Positions 9,638 through 19,004 of a DNA stretch of 64,000 nucleotides are shown one piece after another; position 1 is the stretch's first letter, and each line of letters begins with the position of its first letter. The translations under genes and the position numbers were made by a program. The stretch covers positions 5,873-69,872 of the forward strand of contig CALXEB010000001.1 in NCBI GenBank assembly GCA_944387215.1, written 5' to 3'. The stretch comes from an uncultured Flavonifractor sp. GTDB lineage: Bacteria; Bacillota; Clostridia; Oscillospirales; Oscillospiraceae. The notes beneath the pieces were generated by a model. That model had not been told where the DNA came from and made no database searches. It was given only the letters and a program-made list of their open reading frames with translations.

Positions 9638-12118
9638 CTAGTCCATTGGGTCCACATCGGCAAAGATAGAGACCCCCTTGTTTTCCTTATCCGCCTGGGC
9701 CCGCCGCAGCAGCTCGGCCACCACGGCCCGCAGGGGCTTTGTGTTGGGGCCGGCCAGTGTCAGGCGGTAGCGGTAGCGGTCGTTGACCTTAACGATGCCG
9801 GCCGGGGCCGGGCCCAGGAGCTTCACGTCCAGAGCGTTCAGCGGCGGCCGGCTCAGCCAGCTGTCCAGCGTCCGCCGCAGCCGCATGCAGGCCCGCAGGG
9901 CCGCCCCCTCTGAGCGGGCGGAGGCGGTGAACACGAACAGATCTGCAAATGGCGGGCAGCCCCGCAGACGGCGCAGGGCGATCTCCTGCTGATAAAAAGC
10001 GTCGTAATCCTGCCGGGCGGCACAGCGGATCACGTCGTTTTCCGGGGTGAAGGTCTGGATCACCGCCCTGCCTCCCTTTTCCCCGCGCCCTGCCCGGCCC
10101 ACCACCTGGGTCAGCAGAGAGAAGGTGCGCTCCCCCGCCCGGTAGTCATCTGCATACAGCGACAGATCCGCAGAGATCACGCCCACCAGGGTGACGTTCT
10201 CGAAGTCCAGGCCCTTGGCCACCATCTGCGTGCCCAGCAGCACGGGGATCTTTTCCCGCTCGAACTTCCCCAGCAGGGCCTCGTGGGTATGGGTGGCGGA
10301 GACGGTATCGGTGTCCATGCGCAATACCTGACGGCCGGGGAAGGCCTCTTTCAGCTCCTCCTCCACCTTCTGCGTGCCCGTGCCGATGAAATTCAGCTGC
10401 CCGCCGCAGGAGGGGCAGGCCGCCGGCAGAGGCTCTGAATGGCCGCAGTAGTGGCACATGAGCCGTCCGTTGGCCGAGTGGTAGGTCAGGTGGACAGAGC
10501 ACCGGGGGCATGTGGGCACCTGACCGCATTCCCCGCAGGAGACCATACGGCTGGCCCCCCGGCGGTTGAGGAAGAGAATGCTCTGTTCCCCCCGCTCCAT
10601 GGCCGCCGCCAGGGCCTCCTTCAGGCGCCTGCTCAGGTCGGTGCCGTTGCCGGAGCGCAGCTCCTTTTTCATGTCTACGATCTCCACCGGGGGCAGGGGG
10701 CGGGTATTGTACCGCTCCCGGATGGTGAAGAGGTGGTATGTCCCCCGCCTGGCCCGGTACATGCTCTCCACCGAAGGGGTGGCCGAGCCCAGGAGCAGGA
10801 GAGCGTTTTCCTGGACGCAGCGGCATTTTGCCACGTCCCGGGCATGATATTTCGGGACATTTTCCGACTGGTAGGTGGGCTCCTGCTCCTCGTCCAGGAT
10901 GATGAGCTTCAGCTCGGGCAGCGGAGCGAACACCGCTGAGCGGGTGCCGAGCACCACCCGCGCCTGACCCATTCGGGCGCGCTTCCACTCGTCGTACCGC
11001 TCCCCCGCCCGGAGGGAGGAGTGCAGTACGGCCACCTGCCCGCCAAAGTGGGCGGCAAAGATGCGCAGCAGCTGAGGGGTCAGGGCGATCTCCGGCACCA
11101 GGACCAGGGCAGAGCCGCCCTGTTCCAGGACCCGGCGGATGAGCTTGAGATAGACCTGGGTCTTGCCGCTGCCGGTGACCCCGTAGAGCAGGGCCGCCGC
11201 GGCCCTGCCGCTTCGAGCCAGATCTTCCAGCCCGTCGTAGGCTGCCTGCTGCTCTGCATTGAGGACCGGTTCCTCCGCCGGCTCCACCCCCTCCGGCACC
11301 GGGGACCGGCGCAGGACCTCCCGTTTCTCCAGGATGAGCAGCCCGCGCTTTTCCAGGGTGCGGAGGGTGGCGCCGGAGGCCCCGGTAAAGTAGCACAACT
11401 CCTTGGCTGAGGCGCAGCCCAGGCCGCAGAGCAGCTCCACCACTGCGTACTGCAGGGGCGCAGTGCGCCGCCGCGGCTCCATTTGCGCCAGGGCCTCCTC
11501 CGGGGGCAGGGCCAGAGTGGCCACCTGTTCCATTTTGTCCTTCACGCCCCGGGACGCGCTGGTCTCCAGGACAAGGATCCCCTTGTCCCGCAGCAGCTTC
11601 AGTGCGGGATTCGGATCCTTGGTGCCGAAGGCCTCCCGGATCTGCATCACGTCGGCTTGGCCGCCGGAGGCAAAGAGCAGCTCCAGCAGGCGCCGGGCCT
11701 GTTCTGAGCGCCCGGCTGCCTCGAAGGCTGTCTCACGGTCCGTGCCGGGGGCCAGCTTCCAGCGGTCCTGAAGGGAAAAGTACAGCCCGGCCGGGAGCAT
11801 GGCCCGGGCAGCGTCATATACCGTGCAGAACCACCGCTCCCGCATCCACAGGGCCAGCCGAAGGGCCTTGGCGTCCAGCACCGGCTCCTCGTCCAGCAGG
11901 GCGGCCACCGGCTTGCGCCGGGCATCCGGCGGACGGTCGGGTTCCAGCGCCAGCACCAGCCCCTCGGTCCGGCGGTTGCCCGCCCCAAAAGGGACCAGCA
12001 CCCGCATACCGGGGCGCAGGACCTGCGTCAGTTCCGGCGGCACCGTGTAATCATAGGGCTTGTCGATGGCATAGACGGCCGCGCTCAATGCAATTTTTGC
12101 AACGGTAACCCCGTCCAT
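9638..12118 (-). CDS. priA: Primosomal protein N'
   Basis: GVTGSGKT, DEEQE, Cys-rich CxxC cluster and GTQMVAKG. Start at MDGVTV. Confidence 0.96.
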   Translation of the reverse strand: MDGVTVAKIALSAAVYAIDKPYDYTVPPELTQVLRPGMRVLVPFGAGNRRTEGLVLALEPDRPPDARRKPVAALLDEEPVLDAKALRLALWMRERWFCTVYDAARAMLPAGLYFSLQDRWKLAPGTDRETAFEAAGRSEQARRLLELLFASGGQADVMQIREAFGTKDPNPALKLLRDKGILVLETSASRGVKDKMEQVATLALPPEEALAQMEPRRRTAPLQYAVVELLCGLGCASAKELCYFTGASGATLRTLEKRGLLILEKREVLRRSPVPEGVEPAEEPVLNAEQQAAYDGLEDLARSGRAAAALLYGVTGSGKTQVYLKLIRRVLEQGGSALVLVPEIALTPQLLRIFAAHFGGQVAVLHSSLRAGERYDEWKRARMGQARVVLGTRSAVFAPLPELKLIILDEEQEPTYQSENVPKYHARDVAKCRCVQENALLLLGSATPSVESMYRARRGTYHLFTIRERYNTRPLPPVEIVDMKKELRSGNGTDLSRRLKEALAAAMERGEQSILFLNRRGASRMVSCGECGQVPTCPRCSVHLTYHSANGRLMCHYCGHSEPLPAACPSCGGQLNFIGTGTQKVEEELKEAFPGRQVLRMDTDTVSATHTHEALLGKFEREKIPVLLGTQMVAKGLDFENVTLVGVISADLSLYADDYRAGERTFSLLTQVVGRAGRGEKGGRAVIQTFTPENDVIRCAARQDYDAFYQQEIALRRLRGCPPFADLFVFTASARSEGAALRACMRLRRTLDSWLSRPPLNALDVKLLGPAPAGIVKVNDRYRYRLTLAGPNTKPLRAVVAELLRRAQADKENKGVSIFADVDPMD

Positions 12119-12143
12119 CGCCGATCCCTCCCCGCCGCAGGCC

Positions 12144-12189
12144 AAAAGGGGAGGCGTGGGACAAAGCCAGCCTGCCCCTCGTCTCCCCC
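12144..12189 (-). terminator. Intrinsic terminator after rpoZ
   Basis: Imperfect GC hairpin followed by TTTT on the minus strand. Confidence 0.5.
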
Positions 12190-12195
12190 CGACTG

Positions 12196-12408
12196 TCAAT
12201 CCTCTGCTTCGCTGTCTGCATCCTCCACATGGAGGTCGCCGTCAGCCACCTCTCGGATCGCGATGGTCACCGGCTTGTCCTCCAGGGACAGTTCGGCCTC
12301 CTCCGCCTCGGTGGCGATCTGCCGGGCCCGCTGGGCCACGACGTTCACCAGCATGTAGCGGCTGGGCACCTGCTTGAGCAGCTTATTCATAGGGGGTTCG
12401 AGCATCAT
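12196..12408 (-). CDS. rpoZ: RNA polymerase omega subunit
   Basis: SRYMLVNVVAQRARQ and KPVTIAIREV; follows gmk. Confidence 0.93.
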   Translation of the reverse strand: MMLEPPMNKLLKQVPSRYMLVNVVAQRARQIATEAEEAELSLEDKPVTIAIREVADGDLHVEDADSEAED

Positions 12409-12414
12409 ATCTCA

Positions 12415-13026
12415 TCAGACTCCTTCCACGATATTCATGCGGTTTTTGGTGCGGCAGCTTTCAGCCACCAAAATGGCCATGATCTCCCCTGCCGCCTCGG
12501 ACACCTTGTCATTGACCACCAGGTAGTCGTAATTGGGGATCTGCCGGTACTCCTCCCGGGCCTTTTTCAGCCGGCCCTGGATGACCTCCTCCTGGTCGGT
12601 GGCCCGCCGGTGGAGCCGGCGGGAGAGTTCCTCGAAGGAGGGGGGCACGATGAAGATAAACACCGCGTCAGGGCACTTGGCGCGGACCTTGGCCGCCCCC
12701 TGGACCTCGATGTCCAGCAGCACGTCGATACCGGCATCCAGCTTCTCCCGGATGACCTTCAAAGAGGTGCCGTAATAATTATGGACATACTCTGCATATT
12801 CAAGCAGTTCCTCCCCGGCGATCATCTCTTCAAAGACCTCCCGGGTGACGAAGTTGTAATTGACGCCGTCCTCCTCCCCTACCCTTGGGGGACGGGTGGT
12901 GAAGGAGACGGAGAAATAGATGTCCCGCCGGGCGCCCAGCAGTTCAGAGATCACCGTGCTCTTGCCCACGCCTGAGGGGCCGGAGAGCACGATGAGCTGC
13001 CCGCGGGTCTTTTTCTTTACGCTCAT
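12415..13026 (-). CDS. gmk: Guanylate kinase
   Basis: [19 protein letters not shown] and DIEVQG. Confidence 0.97.
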   Translation of the reverse strand: MSVKKKTRGQLIVLSGPSGVGKSTVISELLGARRDIYFSVSFTTRPPRVGEEDGVNYNFVTREVFEEMIAGEELLEYAEYVHNYYGTSLKVIREKLDAGIDVLLDIEVQGAAKVRAKCPDAVFIFIVPPSFEELSRRLHRRATDQEEVIQGRLKKAREEYRQIPNYDYLVVNDKVSEAAGEIMAILVAESCRTKNRMNIVEGV

Positions 13027-13292
13027 TCCTCTTCCTCCTCTTCCGCGGCAGGGGCCTCCCTGCTGCCCAGCCGGCCCGCCACCGTCTCCGGCTGGAGAGC
13101 GGAGAGAACGATGTGGTCGCTGTCCATGATGAGCACCGCCCGGGTGCGCCGGCCATATGTGGCGTCGATCAGCACGCCCCGGTCCCTGGCCTCCTGCACC
13201 ATGCGCTTGATGGGAGCCGACTCGGGACTCACCACGGCGATGAGCCGTCCGGCGGAGACCATGTTTCCAAAGCCAATGTTGATGAGTTTCAT
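13023..13292 (-). CDS. remA: RemA/DUF370 regulator
   Basis: [14 protein letters not shown] and [11 protein letters not shown]. Confidence 0.93.
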   Translation of the reverse strand: MKLINIGFGNMVSAGRLIAVVSPESAPIKRMVQEARDRGVLIDATYGRRTRAVLIMDSDHIVLSALQPETVAGRLGSREAPAAEEEEEE

Positions 13293-13307
13293 CCTCCGCC
13301 GACCGCC

Positions 13308-14186
13308 TTATTCCATATTCTGTATTTGTTCCCGGATCTTCTCGATCTCAGCCTTGATATCCACGACATAGCCCGCCGTCTCGATATCGCTGCACTTGGA
13401 GCCGATGGTGTTGGCTTCCCGATTGAACTCCTGGATGAGGAAGTCCAGCTTGCGGCCGATGGGCCCGTCCCCCGCCAGCATGTGGCGCAGCTGGGACAGG
13501 TGGCTGCGCAGACGGACGGTCTCCTCGTCCACGGCGACTTTGTCGGCGTAAATGGCCGCCTCGGTGAGGATGCGGCTCTCGTCCAGCTGAGCGTTCTGGA
13601 GCACCTCGTTCATCTTGGCGGTGAGGCGGGCGCGGTAGTCAGCCACGATGCCGGGCGCGCGCGCCTCCACTTTGCCGACCAGCTCCTCGATGGTGCCCGC
13701 CCGGCCCAGCACGTCCTGGGACAGCTTCTCCCCCTCCCGCAGGCGCATGGCGTCAAAATCCGCCAGGGCGGCCTCCAGGACCGTGCAGATATCTGCCGCT
13801 GCAGCTTCCAGGTCCTCCTGGGTCTTCTCCACCAGGAACACATCAGGAAACCGGGAGAGCATGGAGACCGAGATGTCGTCCGCCAGGCCGTAGCAATCCC
13901 GCAGCTCCCGCAGGGCGGAGAGATATCCCTCGGCGATGGGCCGGTTCACCGAGATGGATACGTCCCCCTTTTCCGAGGGACCGATGGTGACGAACACGTC
14001 TACCTTGCCCCGGGAGATATGGCCCTGGACTGCCGACTTGATCGCGTCCTCGGCGAACACATAGATCCGAGGCAGCTTGACGGTACAGTCCAGATAGCGG
14101 TTATTCACCGAGCGGACTTCCACCGTAATGGGGCGGCCCCGAAGAACGGCCTCTCCCCTTCCATAGCCTGTCATGCTCTTGATCAA
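13308..14186 (-). CDS. yloC: YicC/YloC family endoribonuclease
   Basis: SMTGYG, SVNNRYLD and GRKLDFLIQEFNREANTIGSK. Confidence 0.95.
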   Translation of the reverse strand: MIKSMTGYGRGEAVLRGRPITVEVRSVNNRYLDCTVKLPRIYVFAEDAIKSAVQGHISRGKVDVFVTIGPSEKGDVSISVNRPIAEGYLSALRELRDCYGLADDISVSMLSRFPDVFLVEKTQEDLEAAAADICTVLEAALADFDAMRLREGEKLSQDVLGRAGTIEELVGKVEARAPGIVADYRARLTAKMNEVLQNAQLDESRILTEAAIYADKVAVDEETVRLRSHLSQLRHMLAGDGPIGRKLDFLIQEFNREANTIGSKCSDIETAGYVVDIKAEIEKIREQIQNME

Positions 14187-14232
14187 AACGGATCCCTCCT
14201 CCTCCGCCGCAACGGCGGAAGGCTTTCCAAAT

Positions 14233-14261
14233 AGTATACCAGTTCAGGCCCCGCTGCGCAA
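14233..14261 (-). promoter_or_regulatory. Sigma-A promoter for the yloC-gmk operon
   Basis: TTGCGC-17 bp-TATACT with TG extension. Confidence 0.55.
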
Positions 14262-14780
14262 GGCCCTGTCGACCCGCGCCACATAAAAGGCAATGAGCTT
14301 GGAAAAGCCCAGATCATAGATGACAAAAGCCACATTGCCGGCGGCATACACCATCCATCCCGCATCCAGGACGGGCGGCAGGAAAGGCAGGAAAAGCGAG
14401 CGCAGGCCAAACCAGCACACAGAAAGGATCACATTGAACACGGCAAGCTTGCCCGCCCACTCCAGAAAGCGGCTGTTCAGCCGCTCCAGCAGGCTTTTCA
14501 TCATGGGCCACAGGCCGAAGAAGAGCAGATAGAGCATCGCGCCGCTTTTGGCAGGCAGCAGGATGAGCCCCAGCAGGCCGGTGGCGCCATAGCAGAAGAA
14601 ACCGGCGCCCAGCCCGGCAGAGACCACCGCCCCCGCCGGAAACACGCCGGCGACGGCCACGAGCCCAAGACGCCCAGCCGGAGCGACGGCGGAGATCCAT
14701 AAAAATACCAGGGAAAGAGCTGTCAGCACCCCGGTCAGGGCCACCCTTCCGGCCCCGCGTCCATATCGCTTTCCACCCAT
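14244..14780 (-). CDS. Uncharacterised multi-pass membrane protein
   Basis: 178 aa with 5-6 hydrophobic helices; starts 3 bp after the J-domain gene ends. Confidence 0.75.
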   Translation of the reverse strand: MGGKRYGRGAGRVALTGVLTALSLVFLWISAVAPAGRLGLVAVAGVFPAGAVVSAGLGAGFFCYGATGLLGLILLPAKSGAMLYLLFFGLWPMMKSLLERLNSRFLEWAGKLAVFNVILSVCWFGLRSLFLPFLPPVLDAGWMVYAAGNVAFVIYDLGFSKLIAFYVARVDRALRSGA

Positions 14781-14783
14781 GGC

Positions 14784-15395
14784 TCAGTACCCGCCGCCGC
14801 AGCCGCCGCACAGGCACTGGAGGCACAGGCAGGTGGTACACAGGTCGCAGGAGTCCACGCCGCCGCCGTAGCCGTATGGCCGGTAGGCCTGTCCGCCCTG
14901 GCGCATCATCATCAGGGCCTGGCGGTACTCCCCGTTGGACGGGTCCATATTGCAGGCCATCTGAAAATGCTGGGTGGCTTCGTCCAGCCAGCCCTTGCGA
15001 TAGGCGATGGAGCCTGTGAGGAAGTGCCACTCCGCATCCTGGGAGGGGGCCGAACGCAGCAGCTGCTCGGCCCGGCTCAGATCTCTCATGTTGATCGCCT
15101 GCCGCACCTGGTTATAAAGGCTGTCTGAGGCACCGGAATACTGCTGCTGCCGCTGGTAGCCGCCCTGATAGCTTCCCTGGCTCTGATATCCGCCGGAAGA
15201 CCCGCCGCTGCGCATGCGGGTGATGGCGTCGTAGGCCTCGTTGATCTCCTTCATTTTCTCCTCGGCCAGATCGGCCAGGGGGTTGTTCTGATAGTTGTCC
15301 GGGTGATATTTCCGGGCCAGCTCCCGATAGGCGCGTTTGACCTCCTCGTCGCTGGCATCGGGCTTGACGCCCAGCACGCTGTACGGATCGCTCAT
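14784..15395 (-). CDS. J-domain protein with TPR-like middle and Cys-rich tail
   Basis: DPYSVLG...KYHPD J-domain, helical AEWHFL segment and C-terminal [17 protein letters not shown]. Confidence 0.9.
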   Translation of the reverse strand: MSDPYSVLGVKPDASDEEVKRAYRELARKYHPDNYQNNPLADLAEEKMKEINEAYDAITRMRSGGSSGGYQSQGSYQGGYQRQQQYSGASDSLYNQVRQAINMRDLSRAEQLLRSAPSQDAEWHFLTGSIAYRKGWLDEATQHFQMACNMDPSNGEYRQALMMMRQGGQAYRPYGYGGGVDSCDLCTTCLCLQCLCGGCGGGY

Positions 15396-16261
15396 GTATT
15401 CTGTCTCCTGTTTTGAGATTTGACGGCCCTCCAGCGGCCGGTAAAAACAAGCTCCTCCACCGCCGGCAGGCCCAGGTAAAGAATGTTCTCCACCGTATCC
15501 TGCCAGTGGCCCAGCTCCAGCAGGGCCATGGCGGAACGGGCCAGGTTCAGGGAATGGCGCAGGGTGGTGCGCAGATAGCTCTGCTCCTCCTCCCCGATCT
15601 GCGGAAACCGGGCGGAGATGGGGTTATAGTTGCCCTGGGCGCGGTCTTTTTCCAGGTCGTCCCAGGCATCTACCAGGTAGATCCACCGGCCAATATGGTA
15701 GAGCAGCTGCTCCAAAGGCCGACGGCGGGCCGCGTCATCCTGCGCCGGCGCGGCGGCGGCCAGAAGCATGGCAAAGGTATCCGCCGTCTCATCCAGGGAG
15801 GGGCATCTCTCCCGCTCCAGGGCCTGGAGCCTTGCCAGCTGATCCCGCACCGCCCGGTCAAACTCCGGCCGGCGGCAGGCCGCCCGGCGGTAGCCGCGCA
15901 GGAGCATCCAGGACAGGAGGCGGGCTCCGACCCGCTGCCGGAAGGTCCCGTCGGCCACGGTGTCCCGCAGCTTCCAATAGGCCAGGATGGTACCGGCGTC
16001 AGCGGCAGCGTCCACCCCCGGCCCGCAGGCGCAGTCCTTTTTGACGCACCAGAGGCGGGCCGGACAGCGGCAGCGCTCCGCCGCGGGCTTGTCCCCATCC
16101 AGCAGCATGGCCAGGAACGTGAAATCATAGCTGAGAAAAGCTCTTGCCAGCAGGCCGTGCCGCCGGCCGATGGATCGGCACAGTCCGCAGTAGAGCGCCT
16201 CATAGTCTTTCAGCTGCCGAAGCTTCAGCTCGTCCCGGTAGGGGCGCACATAGCCGAACAT
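15392..16261 (-). CDS. DUF5685 family protein
   Basis: [21 protein letters not shown] and [16 protein letters not shown]. True start MFGY overlaps the rseC-like stop. Confidence 0.8.
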   Translation of the reverse strand: MFGYVRPYRDELKLRQLKDYEALYCGLCRSIGRRHGLLARAFLSYDFTFLAMLLDGDKPAAERCRCPARLWCVKKDCACGPGVDAAADAGTILAYWKLRDTVADGTFRQRVGARLLSWMLLRGYRRAACRRPEFDRAVRDQLARLQALERERCPSLDETADTFAMLLAAAAPAQDDAARRRPLEQLLYHIGRWIYLVDAWDDLEKDRAQGNYNPISARFPQIGEEEQSYLRTTLRHSLNLARSAMALLELGHWQDTVENILYLGLPAVEELVFTGRWRAVKSQNRRQNT

Positions 16262-16692
16262 CAGCTCTCCGGGGGATTGATGGCGGTGATGTGAAAGGTG
16301 ATGGCCCGGCTGCGCCGGACACGGCGGTCCATAAGGACCGCCAGAAGCACGCCAGCGACAAAGCCCAGCCCTCCGCAGGCGGCGCTGATGCCGGAGCCCA
16401 GCCCCGACCCGGCGCAGGCAAAGTAGCCGATAAAGAACAGCAGGAACGGTACAAGATAGACCACCACGGCAGCCTTCAGGATCCCGCCGGAGGAGGACTC
16501 GACCTGCACCGTGTCTCCCGGCATGGCGCCGATCCCGTTTGCAGCCACCACCGAGACGGTGGAACTCACCATCATCTCGCTGCAGCCGCCGCCGCACTTG
16601 GAACAGTCGTGCCCGCAGGCGGACTGGCGCTTCACCGCCACCTCCGCAGTACCGTTGCCCAGCAGGCGGGTCACTTTTGCAGTTTGGATCAT
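16261..16692 (-). CDS. RseC/MucC family protein
   Basis: RQSACGHDCSKCGGGC, GAMPGDTV, YLVP and two C-terminal TM helices. Confidence 0.85.
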   Translation of the reverse strand: MIQTAKVTRLLGNGTAEVAVKRQSACGHDCSKCGGGCSEMMVSSTVSVVAANGIGAMPGDTVQVESSSGGILKAAVVVYLVPFLLFFIGYFACAGSGLGSGISAACGGLGFVAGVLLAVLMDRRVRRSRAITFHITAINPPES

Positions 16693-16710
16693 TCTATATC
16701 ACCTTTGTTC

Positions 16711-17961
16711 TCATTCTCTTGTAAGGGAGACGACGATATTGTACTCCCCCACCACGCCCACGTCGCTGCTGCCGTCCAGGTAGACCCGCACGGGGATGGT
16801 CTGGCTGCCGGTGGACAGCTCCATCTCCGACAGGTCGGCCACCACCCGGATCTGGGAGGCGGTCACAGCCTCCACGGCCTCCTGGCTGCCCCGGATCTGG
16901 ATGCTGCAGGACTGGGTCACCGCCTCCGCCTGGTATCCGTCCGGCCTGTTGATGAAGCTGATATTGCTTACCTGGAGGATGCGGGTGGTCAGGCCGTGGA
17001 TGGTGACGGTCACAGTAGCCTCTGTGATACCGCTGACGTTGGTCAGAGAGGGATCCAGATCGATGGGCATCTGGAACACCTGCCGGGTGCCGAACACCTT
17101 GGAAAGGTCGATCTCTCCCAGGCTGATGCTGGTCAGGCCCGCCAGATCCTCCGCGCCGCCGGAGACCGTGATCGTCTGTGGCTCGATGTCGACCGTCACA
17201 TCGTCCTGCGTGGCTCCGCCGCCGGGGATCAGGTCCACTGTCAGCTCCACTTCTTTCAGCTGGACCACCGGCAGGGTGACCAGAACGGTGGCCGGGTCGG
17301 TCTCCAGCTGCTCAGAGGGGATGACCTCCCCGTCGGCTCCGATCAGGGTATAGGGGCAGCTTTCGCTGTAGGTGGTGTTCATGTCCTCCTGGGACACGGT
17401 GACCAGGGCGTGGTCGACCTGGTTGACCAGTTCCTCCTGTCCGCTGACCGTGACGGTCTCAGGCGCGAAGGAGAAGTCCTCCCGCTGATAGCCCTCGGCC
17501 ACGCTGCCGCTGAAGCTGCCCTGGACAGGCACCTCCCTGGTGGCCCAGCGGGATACGGTGAATTCCACCGCGTCAGGGCTGGTATACTGCACATCGATGG
17601 AATCCATGACGGTGATGGACCGGGGGAAATTGATGTTTCGGGTGGTGATGGCCACGCTCTGGGTGCCGGGCTCGGCGATGCCGGAGACGTCGATGGTGAC
17701 TGTCGTCTCCCCCTGGTTCAGGCGGCCCCATACCTCGCGGGTGGCCCGGATGCGCAGGGATACGGTCTGCTCCGCTCCCTCGGAGATCATCAGCCCCCGC
17801 TCCTCCAGGCTGTCCAGGCCGCTGAACACCACCTGGACCCTGCTGAGGGTATTGGTCACTTCAGGGTTGGCTTCCCGCCCCACATAGATCCACAGGACAA
17901 AGGCCAGCAGGAGGGAAACGACCATATAAAACCATTTGCTGTTAAGAATCCTCTTTCCCAT
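16711..17961 (-). CDS. cdaR: CdaR/YbbR regulator of diadenylate cyclase
   Basis: N-terminal TM (SLLLAFVLWIYV) and YbbR-like repeats (PETVTVSG, PQTITVSG); overlaps cdaA. Confidence 0.9.
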   Translation of the reverse strand: MGKRILNSKWFYMVVSLLLAFVLWIYVGREANPEVTNTLSRVQVVFSGLDSLEERGLMISEGAEQTVSLRIRATREVWGRLNQGETTVTIDVSGIAEPGTQSVAITTRNINFPRSITVMDSIDVQYTSPDAVEFTVSRWATREVPVQGSFSGSVAEGYQREDFSFAPETVTVSGQEELVNQVDHALVTVSQEDMNTTYSESCPYTLIGADGEVIPSEQLETDPATVLVTLPVVQLKEVELTVDLIPGGGATQDDVTVDIEPQTITVSGGAEDLAGLTSISLGEIDLSKVFGTRQVFQMPIDLDPSLTNVSGITEATVTVTIHGLTTRILQVSNISFINRPDGYQAEAVTQSCSIQIRGSQEAVEAVTASQIRVVADLSEMELSTGSQTIPVRVYLDGSSDVGVVGEYNIVVSLTRE

Positions 17962-18832
17962 CCTGCTTTCCCCCCTTCCCGAAACGGAGCAGATTGCCCA
18001 GCTTGAATTTGGACGTGGTCTCCTCGCTTTCCGGCTCGGGCAGAAGCTCGTTTCGGAGCAGCCGTTCCAGGGTCTCGGGAGCCAGGTGCCGTTTGAGCAT
18101 CCCATCCACGGCCACGGAGATGGAGCCGGTCTCCTCCGAGACGATGGCCACCACCGCGTCGGAGTGCTCGCTGGCGCCGATGCCCGCCCGATGGCGCATG
18201 CCCAGCTCCCGGGAGATGTTCACATTGCCCGACATGGGGAGCATGCAGCCGGCCCCGACGATCCGGCCGTTTCGGACGATGACGGCTCCGTCGTGAAGCG
18301 GGGCCTTGTTCCAGAATATATTCTTCAGCAGTTCCGCATTCACCGAGCAGTCCAGCGCCGTGCCGGTCTTGATGGCGTCCTCCAGCTGGTTTTTCCGCTC
18401 AAAGACCATGAGCGCCCCGGTCTTGGACTTGGAGAGGGACGCGTAGGCCTCCACCGTCTGGGTGATGGCGCTTTCCAACTCGTCGCGCTCCTCCTCGTGG
18501 GTGAACACGCCGCTGAGGCTGGTACGGCCCATCTGCTCCAGGAAACGGCGGATCTCCGGCTGAAAGATGACCACAAGGGCCACGGCGCCGTAGGTCACGA
18601 CCAGATTGAGCAGGAAGCTGACGGTGTTCAGATGCAGAAGCAGGGCCACCACCAGGGCGCCGAGCAGTAGAAGAATACCCTTGGCCACGGCGCCTGTACT
18701 GCTGCGGCGGATGAACATGAAGGCCTTGTAGATGATAAAGGCCATGATGAGGATGTCAATGAGGTCGAAGACGCTGAACGGCGTCACCATTCCCTTGAAC
18801 TGCTGGAGCAGATATATTAGCCCATCCATCAT
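17942..18832 (-). CDS. cdaA: Diadenylate cyclase CdaA
   Basis: Three TM helices, FQPEIRR, PLHDGA, GMRHRA and VSEETG. Confidence 0.96.
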   Translation of the reverse strand: MMDGLIYLLQQFKGMVTPFSVFDLIDILIMAFIIYKAFMFIRRSSTGAVAKGILLLLGALVVALLLHLNTVSFLLNLVVTYGAVALVVIFQPEIRRFLEQMGRTSLSGVFTHEEERDELESAITQTVEAYASLSKSKTGALMVFERKNQLEDAIKTGTALDCSVNAELLKNIFWNKAPLHDGAVIVRNGRIVGAGCMLPMSGNVNISRELGMRHRAGIGASEHSDAVVAIVSEETGSISVAVDGMLKRHLAPETLERLLRNELLPEPESEETTSKFKLGNLLRFGKGGKQDGKEDS

Positions 18833-18893
18833 TGCTTCTCATCCCCCGCCTGTGGGTTCCAGGGGGGCCGGGAGCCCTCCCTGTAACTAAGTT

Positions 18894-18922
18894 ATTATAC
18901 TTTATTTCCAAGTACTTTACAA
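18894..18922 (-). promoter_or_regulatory. Sigma-A promoter for the cdaA operon
   Basis: TTGTAA-17 bp-TATAAT. Confidence 0.7.
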
Positions 18923-19004
18923 GTATTACCCGTGATCGGAATGTCAAATTTTCTGTGAACGAATGCCGCCGGCACACCGGGCAGAGGCGCAGCGCCGGCG
19001 GCCG

